Below are positions 27,206 to 33,698 of a stretch of DNA of 33,698 nucleotides, piece by piece. How positions within the stretch are numbered: the first letter of the stretch is position 1; each line of letters begins with the position of its first letter. Origin of the DNA: Polyangiaceae bacterium (GTDB taxonomy: Bacteria; Myxococcota_A; Polyangia; Polyangiales; Polyangiaceae); assembly GCA_033763455.1 (NCBI GenBank), contig JANRKO010000068.1, positions 1 through 33,698 of the forward strand. The letters are read 5' to 3'. The position numbers and the translations under genes were made by a program. The notes beneath the pieces were generated by a model that ran no database searches, was not told where the DNA came from, and worked only from the letters and a program-made list of their open reading frames with translations.

Positions 27206-28471
27206 TTGGAGCGGCGCGCCCCACCGGAAGCGCCTGGTGACACCGATATAGCCGCCGCGCCTCCCGACCCAGACGCAGCTGCAAACCCTGGGTACCCCAG
27301 TTTGCTGCCGATCGTAGATCCGCGCCCCGTATCGGGTCAGAATTGCCACGTGCTCATTGGTATCTCTCTCGTCTATCCCGGCACCTACGCGGACGGGGTA
27401 GTGCGCGGGATGGCCCACTACGCGCAAAGCAAACTTGATTGGGAGTTCGACCTCCAAACTGAAGGAAGAGAGGGCATCTCGAAGCTCCTCTCCCGAGGGG
27501 CATCGGGGTTGATCGTCAGCGGCCAGCCTGAGGTTTTCGAATCGATGCTCCCTACACTCAAGATCCCGGCAGTCAACATCGGCCATGCACTTAGCCATAA
27601 CAGCATTAGCAGCGTCATCAACGACGAGGAGGCCATTGGGGAGATGGCCGCGGAGCACCTTCTATTGCGGGGATATCGTGCTTTTGGCTACTGCACGCAG
27701 ACTGGCGGAGTGCTGGATGGTCGGCTAGTGGGCTATCAGAGGGGCCTGAAAAAGCGCGGTGTCGACTGCCAAGTTTTCGATGTTCGAGATGCGCTTGCCC
27801 ATCCTGAACGGTACCCGGGGCGGCGTTTGCCCACTTGGTTGAAGAACCAGCCCAAACCGCTCGGATTGTTTTGCATGTACGATGGCCATGCGCGGGAGCT
27901 GTCACGAGAATGCGCGGCGCTCGGCTTGAGAGTCCCAGAAGACGTGGCGATTTTGGGAGTGGATAACGACGTCAATTGTCTTTTGGGGCATCCGCAATTG
28001 AGCAGCGTGCAGACGTCGCTCCAGCGCATCGGTTACGAGGCCGCAAGGCTTCTGGATGAGCTCATTGCTGGACGTGGGAAAAACAAAGAGATCCGCGTGC
28101 CACCGGTGCGCGTGATCACACGCGCCTCCACCATCGAGATTGTGGGCAGCGACAAGTTGGTGCGCGCTGTGCTTCACCACATGCAGAAGCACCTCACGGA
28201 TTCGGAAGGGATCGAACGCGTGTGTGAGCGCTTTGGTGTGTCACGCAGGCAACTCGAACGCCGTTTTGCCGCCGCAACCGGCTCCACCCCGGCCCAGGCC
28301 TGGGCTGATTTTCGCCTAGAAGAAGCCAAGCGCCTATTGTCCCAAACAACATTGAGCCTTGAGCGCACAGCGAAAGAGTGCGGCTACGGCGACACCAAGC
28401 GACTCACCGCGAATTTCAAGAAGGCGACGGGGATGACGCCACGCATGTTCAGGGAGTTGATGGCGATTTGA
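27206..28471 (+). CDS. XylR-family transcriptional regulator (LacI-type ligand-binding domain + AraC HTH)
   Basis: IGEMAAEHLLLRG, LRVPEDVAILGVDND, LSSV..IGYEAARLLD, SRRQLERRF and F+K.TGMTP..FR. The start codon is uncertain. Confidence 0.9.
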   Translation: MERRAPPEAPGDTDIAAAPPDPDAAANPGYPSLLPIVDPRPVSGQNCHVLIGISLVYPGTYADGVVRGMAHYAQSKLDWEFDLQTEGREGISKLLSRGASGLIVSGQPEVFESMLPTLKIPAVNIGHALSHNSISSVINDEEAIGEMAAEHLLLRGYRAFGYCTQTGGVLDGRLVGYQRGLKKRGVDCQVFDVRDALAHPERYPGRRLPTWLKNQPKPLGLFCMYDGHARELSRECAALGLRVPEDVAILGVDNDVNCLLGHPQLSSVQTSLQRIGYEAARLLDELIAGRGKNKEIRVPPVRVITRASTIEIVGSDKLVRAVLHHMQKHLTDSEGIERVCERFGVSRRQLERRFAAATGSTPAQAWADFRLEEAKRLLSQTTLSLERTAKECGYGDTKRLTANFKKATGMTPRMFRELMAI

Positions 28472-28698
28472 GTGACGCCCGAGCCGTGTGGTAAATCGCG
28501 GAGCTGCTCACCGCTTAGGGTTTAGATGTGAGGTAATGGCTGGGCTCATCACCTAACTCAGGCTGAGCGCCCCAGTATTGAATTCGGGGTCACCAACAAC
28601 CGTGGCATTGAGGCCCATGGTCTGGACGACCGTAAGGAGGACGTCATTGATGTTGCGGCGTTGAGCGTCCACACGGCGGCCTGTTCTAAAGGCGCCGC
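28151..28698 (+). repeat. Copy 1 of an imperfect direct repeat (xylR 3' end, intergenic region, DUF1552 3' end)
   Basis: It aligns with 29490-29850, apart from two segments missing from copy 2 (28217-28288 and 28430-28544). Confidence 0.95.
28553..28698 (-). pseudogene. Duplicated 3' fragment (about 48 codons) of the DUF1552 gene
   Basis: It encodes GAFRTGRRVDAQRRNINDVLLTVVQTMGLNATVVGDPEFNTGALSLS*, identical in protein to the end of the gene at 29705. I count six nucleotide differences. Confidence 0.92.
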
Positions 28699-28966
28699 GA
28701 TCGAATTATCGAGCATGCCCCTCAGAGACTCTTACTCAGCCTCATTGCGAATCATGGCGCTCGGCGCTCGGTGGGGTCCCAGGTCCAGACCCGGCTTCGG
28801 AAGGGGAAGGGACACGAGGTGTGGTGAGCACCCAGAAGTACACCCGATCGAGGGGACGTGTGCCTCGAGTTCGACGCTCAGGTTGGCTACAAGCAGCGGG
28901 GGTGACGGCAGGGCGACGGCCCCTTGGCTGGTCGCTTCGTTGAGGTGGTGCTAGTGTGTAAAGCTT

Positions 28967-29164
28967 ATGACGAAGCTACCAGTATTCCTGCGGCACGGCG
29001 AAGACGGGTGGATCGTTGCCGAATGCCCGGTTCTTTCCGGCTGCATCTCGCAAGGCAAGACGCGCGAAGAGGCGCTCGCCAACATTTCCGAAGCCATCGA
29101 GCTCTGTTTGCAGGCGGGCGATGAGCCCAAGGGTGAGTTGGTTGACGTGACCGTCGCTGCGTAA
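28967..29164 (+). CDS. hicB: Short HicB-family antitoxin (no C-terminal DNA-binding domain)
   Basis: EDGWIVAECPVLSGCISQGKTREEALANISEAIEL. Confidence 0.92.
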   Translation: MTKLPVFLRHGEDGWIVAECPVLSGCISQGKTREEALANISEAIELCLQAGDEPKGELVDVTVAA

Positions 29165-29172
29165 GTGCTGCC

Positions 29173-29394
29173 GTGGGCGCTCCTCCCCTCATCTCCGGCA
29201 GAGAATGCGTGGCTGCGTTGGCTCGCCTCGGCTACGTGCAGACGCGTCAGCGTGGAAGCCACGTGCGCCTCGAGTGCCCGGGTCGCACCCCACTGACGGT
29301 TCCCATGCATGGTGAGCTCGACCGCGGCACGCTGCGAGCGATCATCAAGGCCGCGGGACTCACCGTGGAGGAGTTCAGCGCGCTAGTCGACTAG
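29173..29394 (+). CDS. hicA: HicA-family toxin (mRNA interferase)
   Basis: ISGRECVAALARLGY..RQRGSHVRL..TVPMHGELDRGTLRAII, with the catalytic GSH intact. Confidence 0.93.
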   Translation: MGAPPLISGRECVAALARLGYVQTRQRGSHVRLECPGRTPLTVPMHGELDRGTLRAIIKAAGLTVEEFSALVD

Positions 29395-29489
29395 CCAGCG
29401 CGGTGGTGGGTATCCCAGTGCTAGGTTGGCTTCTGAAACATCTGTTTGCCGATAACCTGGACAGTTGTCCCAACTGCGGGGGAGGGAAC

Positions 29490-29708
29490 GACAAGCTGGT
29501 GCGTGCTGTACTTCACCATATGGAAAAGCACCTCACGGATTCGGAAGGGATTGAACCTACCCAGGCTCAGGCTGATTTTCGCCTAGAAGAAGCCAAGCGC
29601 TTATTGTCCCAAACAACACTGAGCCTTGAGCGTACAGCGAAAGAGTGCGGCTACGGCGACACCAAGCGACTCACCGCGAATTTCAAGAAGGCGACGCTCA
29701 TCACCTAA
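29490..29708 (+). pseudogene. Duplicated, internally deleted AraC-HTH fragment of the xylR-like gene
   Basis: It reads DKLVRAVLHHMEKHLTDSEGIE/PTQAQADFRLEEAKRLLSQ...NFKKAT and lacks 24 codons of the first HTH as well as the native C-terminus. Confidence 0.88.
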
Positions 29709-29850
29709 CTCAGGCTAAGCGCCCCAGTATTGAATTCGGGGTCGCCAACAACCGTGGCATTGAGGCCCATGGTCTGGACGACCGTGAGGAGGACGTCATT
29801 GATGTTGCGGCGTTGAGCGTCCACGCGGCGGCCTGTTCTGAACGCGCCGC
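29490..29850 (+). repeat. Copy 2 of the imperfect direct repeat (deleted xylR fragment fused to the 3' end of the intact DUF1552 gene)
   Basis: 29490-29696 matches 28151-28429 minus 72 bp. 29697-29850 matches 28545-28698. Confidence 0.95.
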
Positions 29851-31135
29851 CGCCTTTGCCGATAATGGTCGAAAGAGCCGGCGACAACACGTGAGTTCCA
29901 TTGCCCATCTCTGAAGCAAGGTACACGATAGAGTTGTCGAGCATGGTTCCGTTCCCCTCGGGCGTTGCTTTGAGCATGCTGACAAATGCCGCCATCTGCT
30001 CGAAGATCCAGGTTTGCGCCTTGATGTATTCGCCGCCGTTGGAGCTATGCTCCATGCCGTGATGATCGCCCTTACAACCTAAGAAGTCAAAGCGAGGGAA
30101 TGGATCACCGGATGAGAGCCATTGCAGCGCCACTATCCGGGTGAGGTCGCAATTCAGGGCCTGGTAGGCGATGTCATTGAAGGCCTTGCTGTAGGCTCGA
30201 ATGTCGTAGTTTGAGTAATCCACAGGGCCCGTCCCCTGCTGCGATGTCGCCGTTGGCGGAGGCCCGATAACCGGCATCGGGGGGATTGCGCAGCTCGCGC
30301 CCGGCATGCCCGAACCTGCGCTCCCACCAAGGGGGTTGACGAGAGACCTTTCGAGTTCGCGCAACGCACTCAGGTGCTGGTCGAGCTTGTTTTGCTCGTC
30401 GCTGCCGGCTATCGCCTTGATCTCGGCAATTTCGGCGTACAAGAGATCGAGCCTGCTCTTCTTGCGCTCGTAGAGAGCCACGAGCGCTGGGTCGGGTGGG
30501 GCCATTGGGGCATTCGGAGTTGTGCTTGGCATCGGTAGGCCTGCGCCAAACACGCGCGAGAATGCCTCGGCGGGCTCGTCCATGGGACGCACAGCTTGCC
30601 CGTTGTTGTAGAAGCATTCGCTATGATCTCCGCCCTGCCCCTTATTCCAAAGGCTGCCAAAATGGAGAGCTGGAAACTGTGTCTTTTGCCCAATGGTCAT
30701 CGCCAGGTGCTGATCAATCGTAGTCGCGGTACCGTAACGATACGCGTTGTCTTCTGCGCCACACTCGGTTGGCCCCCCGCAGCCCTGATCATTGACGGCA
30801 CCTCCAAACATGGAACGGCAGCCGCCACCATGGCCCTCAAGCTCCCAGAAGCCCGCAACTTTGTCGCCAGCCGCGTTGTTGATGTTATCGAAAATGATCA
30901 TGTCCGATTCAAGCGCAGCCCACGGCTTGTACATCCCGTCAAAATAGGTATCGAGGCCTCCGCCATCGCCGCCGCCCTTGAATGGAATGCCTCCCGGCAG
31001 GTTCAAAAGAATCAAGCGCAACGGGAAGGACGTCTGCGCCTCCGTGAGCGCGGACCGGAAGACGGGCGTGGCCAAGAAGGCGGCTGCTCCAAGTTGCTTC
31101 AGGAGGCTTCTGCGCTTGAGAAGAGCTCTGTGCAT
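29705..31135 (-). CDS. DUF1552 domain protein with Tat-like N-terminus
   Basis: KRRSLLKQLGAAA, TIDQHLA, AFSRVFG, KLDQHLSALRELE, ALNCDLTR, HHGMEH, EGNGTMLDNSIV and SEMGNG.H. ATG 31135 follows AAAGGA. Confidence 0.88.
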   Translation of the reverse strand: MHRALLKRRSLLKQLGAAAFLATPVFRSALTEAQTSFPLRLILLNLPGGIPFKGGGDGGGLDTYFDGMYKPWAALESDMIIFDNINNAAGDKVAGFWELEGHGGGCRSMFGGAVNDQGCGGPTECGAEDNAYRYGTATTIDQHLAMTIGQKTQFPALHFGSLWNKGQGGDHSECFYNNGQAVRPMDEPAEAFSRVFGAGLPMPSTTPNAPMAPPDPALVALYERKKSRLDLLYAEIAEIKAIAGSDEQNKLDQHLSALRELERSLVNPLGGSAGSGMPGASCAIPPMPVIGPPPTATSQQGTGPVDYSNYDIRAYSKAFNDIAYQALNCDLTRIVALQWLSSGDPFPRFDFLGCKGDHHGMEHSSNGGEYIKAQTWIFEQMAAFVSMLKATPEGNGTMLDNSIVYLASEMGNGTHVLSPALSTIIGKGGGAFRTGRRVDAQRRNINDVLLTVVQTMGLNATVVGDPEFNTGALSLS

Positions 31136-31404
31136 ATCGCAAATTCCTTTTTGTTGGCTCGTTGCCGCCGAAGACATTTCATTGCGCTGACAAAATTGAA
31201 CCAAGCCTCAAGCGAGGCGCGGCGACCTCTTGGGCTTGTGAGGGGCAAAAGAGGCCTGTGAGTGCCTCAATTACTCCTGAATCAGGCTTAATTTAGCGCG
31301 CTACAGTGGGGGTGCCTATGGCATCCTTGCGTCAACGAAATCATTCCTGCCGAATTTGCGGCATGCTTCGGAGGCGTGCCAGAGAACGTTGGCGGCGTAT
31401 TCTT

Positions 31405-31818
31405 CTATGGCTCCAGGAGAGACAAATTCTTGAAATAGTCGCGATAGAAACCGCGGTCGCGCGCGAGGAGCCGATCCGCGTGCAACGTCGCGTGAGCCCC
31501 GATTAGAAAATCCGCCAGGACGCGTACCGGGCCACGCGCCTTCTGAACTCGGCGGCGCCGCCCCAGATAGGCCTGAAACATCTTGCCGGCTAGCAAAGCG
31601 CTCTCGCGGCTGGAAGGGATGAATTCAATTCCGAGATCATCCAGGAATGCGTCGGCTTCGTCGGTCGCGAATGCAGGCCGAATCTCGGCGACCACACACT
31701 CGCTCACAACAAGTGACCCCTCTGCGATGGCCCGCCGAACGGCTTTTTCGGAAGCACCGGCAAACTGACTTCCAACTAGTATGTCCAGCAAGACGCTCGA
31801 ATCTACCGCCGTCCTCAT
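31405..31818 (-). CDS. vapC: PIN-domain toxin (VapC family)
   Basis: VDSSVLLD..VVAE..ADFLIGAHA..LLARDRGFYR, containing the acidic PIN residues. Confidence 0.92.
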   Translation of the reverse strand: MRTAVDSSVLLDILVGSQFAGASEKAVRRAIAEGSLVVSECVVAEIRPAFATDEADAFLDDLGIEFIPSSRESALLAGKMFQAYLGRRRRVQKARGPVRVLADFLIGAHATLHADRLLARDRGFYRDYFKNLSLLEP

Positions 31819-31835
31819 GCTCGCTCAACGCGTCC

Positions 31836-32063
31836 TTAACTTCCCCCGCGCACGCGCGCGAGATATTCGTCTGCACTCAGCCCTAGCGGGAGGCACCCTT
31901 TCCCTCGCCACTTCGCGATAGGATCCTCGCGAGACTTTTTGACACCGATTAACTGACCCCGCAGGGTTCGGAACTCAAGCTCAGTACCCGCGCGCAACCC
32001 CAAACGCTCCCGAATGGACTTGGGGATGGTGACTTGGCCCTTCTCCGAAACCACCGATTTCAT
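31836..32063 (-). CDS. vapB: AbrB/MazE/SpoVT-family antitoxin (VapB)
   Basis: VSEKGQVTIPKSIRERLGLRAGTELEF, directly upstream of the PIN gene. Confidence 0.92.
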   Translation of the reverse strand: MKSVVSEKGQVTIPKSIRERLGLRAGTELEFRTLRGQLIGVKKSREDPIAKWRGKGCLPLGLSADEYLARVRGGS

Positions 32064-32069
32064 ACTCCA

Positions 32070-32097
32070 AGGGTAGGATTTCCTACCACGTAGTCAA
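32070..32097 (-). promoter_or_regulatory. vapBC promoter with overlapping palindromic operator
   Basis: On the minus strand: TTGACT-N16-TACCCT-N6-ATG. The perfect inverted repeat GGTAGGA-TT-TCCTACC at 32072-32087 covers the spacer and the -10 box. Confidence 0.75.
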
Positions 32098-32131
32098 GGA
32101 ACTGAGCCGCGGCGGCATACCTGAGTTGCAG

Positions 32132-32323
32132 TTAGCGCAAAAGTGGCCCGACTGACTGGTACCACGTGTCCGCCATCACCGAGAAGCCAGCCGCGTTTGG
32201 GTGCACTCCCACTCCACCTAGGTAAGCATTCTCTAAACGGCGACCGGAACTATGCGTTGTAGGGTACGATCCTAATGCATTACGTACCGTGCTTTCGGAT
32301 GCCCTTGTTGCCTGCCGAGACAA
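32132..32323 (-). pseudogene. C-terminal remnant of an SGNH/GDSL hydrolase
   Basis: YLGGVGVHPNAAGFSVMADTWYQSVGPLLR* resembles SGNH block V (DxxHP..GY..MA..W). No GDS block is found upstream. Confidence 0.55.
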
Positions 32324-32403
32324 TTTGATCGACAGACCGATTCCGCTGCGCTACGGGGGGACGCAGGCCTGGGGTTCCGGTGCCATGGAACGGGAGATGG
32401 GTA

Positions 32404-33558
32404 ATGAGGCGAGTGCGAAGCATAGGGTGGGGAACGTTGGGCATATTGGTAGTTGTGGGGGCGTGCAAGTCCACGGACGAGCCCAAGGCTACGGGCGCTA
32501 CGAGCGACCCGTGTTCGCTGAACGACGGATGCCCGGCAGGCGGCGGCGCGGGCGCACCGATCGGGTTGAGTGGGACGGGTGGCGTGCGGGAAATGATGTC
32601 GACAGGCGGAATGCCAGGGGGCAGCAGGGGCAGCGTCTCAGGTGGGGCGCCTGCGTTGGTAGGCAGCGGGGGTGTGGTTTCGGGGGGTGCCCCTGCGTTA
32701 GGAGGCAGTGGGGGTGTGGCTACGGGAGGTGCGCCTGCGTTAGGAGGCAGTGCTGGCACAGGAGGGATGGCCGGCGGCGCGAGTGCAATTGGGACGCTCG
32801 GGCAGCCTTGCACAACAGGGGCGTACTCGTGCGCCGGGCATGCTCAGCGTCAGCAGTTAGCTTGTGTGGGTGATGTCTGGGCCGCCAATGGTACGTGTGC
32901 TTCGGAGCATTACTGTAACACCGAGCCTGGGGTAAACGCTGGTGCCTGCGATCCTGTTGTCGCGGAATGCGTTGGCAAGCAGACGGGCGAGGTGGTGTGC
33001 CGGGGCTTGAATCGGGAGGCTTGCGGTGTCGATCGGGTGACCACCACGGTGGCTCAGGTGTGTGCGGAGGCGTGCGTTGGCGGTCTGTGCCAGGTGAGTC
33101 TCGCGGTCGTCAGAGCGGGGACTGGCATCGGCACCCTTACTTCGGATGTTGGTGGGATCGACTGCGGGCCAAAGTGCTCCGCGATGTTCGACCAAGGCAC
33201 CTCGGTGACGCTGACGGCGAATGCGTGGCCGGGCTCATATTTCAATGGCTGGAGTGGCGGGGGCTGTTCCGGGGAGGGCACTTGCACTGTGACGCTTGCA
33301 GCAGCCACAACTGTCACGGCGGAGTTCACGCAGAAGCAGACGATTTCCGCAGGCGGGGGCCACAGCTGCGGAGTGAAGGCGGACCGTGCGGTTGCCTGCT
33401 GGGGGGGAAACTACGCCGGGCAAGCGACGGCGCCTGCTGGAAGCTTCAGGCAAGTGAGCGCGGGCATGGGCCGCACCTGCGGAGTGAAGACGGACGCTAC
33501 GGCGGTTTGTTGGGGGTATGAGGAATACGGTGAGGCGACGCCGCCCGCTGGGACCTTC
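32404..33558 (+). pseudogene. Lipoprotein with Gly-rich linker, Cys-rich modules, InlB-B/Flg_new-like domain and RCC1-like repeats, truncated by the IS3 element
   Basis: Lipobox VVGAC; GTGIGTLTS..GIDCG..VTLTA..FNGWSGGGCSG; two 37-aa SAG..CGV..CWG..G.AT.PAG.F repeats (33337, 33448). The apparent stop TGA at 33559-33561 is the first three bases of the IS. Confidence 0.8.
32641..32757 (+). repeat. Nearly three tandem 42-bp in-frame repeats (GGAPALxGSGGVxx)
   Basis: Units start at 32641, 32683 and 32725. Confidence 0.85.
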
Positions 33559-33698
33559 TGAGCTTCCCCGGATTTCCAGGACACCCAGCAAAGAGGGTAT
33601 CCTCGGAGTTAGATCATGGAAAGCAAGACTCGTCGAAAGCGAAAGAAACACACCGAAGAGTTCAAGCGAGAGGCAGTTCGGCTGCTCGAGACACGAGG
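33559..33698 (+). mobile_element. Left end of an IS3-family insertion sequence (runs off the window end)
   Basis: It starts TGAGCTTCCCCGGATTTCCAGGACACC, typical of an IS3-family IRL (TGA...CCCC...GGACAC), followed by GGAG and orfA. Confidence 0.88.
33616..33698 (+). CDS. IS3-family transposase OrfA, N-terminus (3' partial)
   Basis: MESKTRRKRKKHTEEFKREAVRLLETR matches the HTH_Tnp_1 start motif R+(Y/H)(S/T)xEFKxEAVxL. It is not in the ORF track. Confidence 0.88.
   Translation, partial: MESKTRRKRKKHTEEFKREAVRLLETR

Noticed and set aside
29403..29708. 101-aa ORF as a functional small AraC regulator
   Set aside because: It is a chimera of unrelated sequence with a deleted duplicate of the xylR 3' end, and the first HTH and C-terminus are missing.

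Overview
This is a bacterial genomic segment, most likely from Myxococcota (Polyangiales-like). That is inferred from a MYXO-CTERM tail, DUF4215-type Cys repeats, a TraB-like OmpA protein, DUF1552 and Gly/Ser-linker lipoproteins. Both ends stop inside insertion sequences that the ORF track misses: an IS21-family right end (istB 3' end plus IR, 1-141) and an IS3-family left end (IR plus orfA start, 33559-33698). Each IS interrupts a surface-protein gene. From left to right the window holds: (1) an enolase-superfamily enzyme; (2) a cell-surface cluster (TraB-like barrel/TSP3/OmpA gene coupled to a large AgmC-like/Ig/Ca-repeat MYXO-CTERM protein, two lipoproteins, two Zn-ribbon membrane proteins); (3) a signalling island made of a NarL regulator, an F5-like cheA-cheW-mcp-cheY-cheB-cheR-cheX operon, a HisKA_2 kinase, a hybrid kinase and a REC-LuxR regulator; (4) a decaying accessory region with a frameshifted FGE-domain gene, xylR-like and DUF1552 genes whose convergent 3' ends are duplicated around hicBA, vapBC, an SGNH remnant and a truncated RCC1 lipoprotein. 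The best novelty candidate is the soluble chemoreceptor, which fuses a group-I 2/2 truncated hemoglobin to two Aer2-type heme-PAS domains (up to three hemes). All family calls come from motif recognition by eye; no database searches were run.
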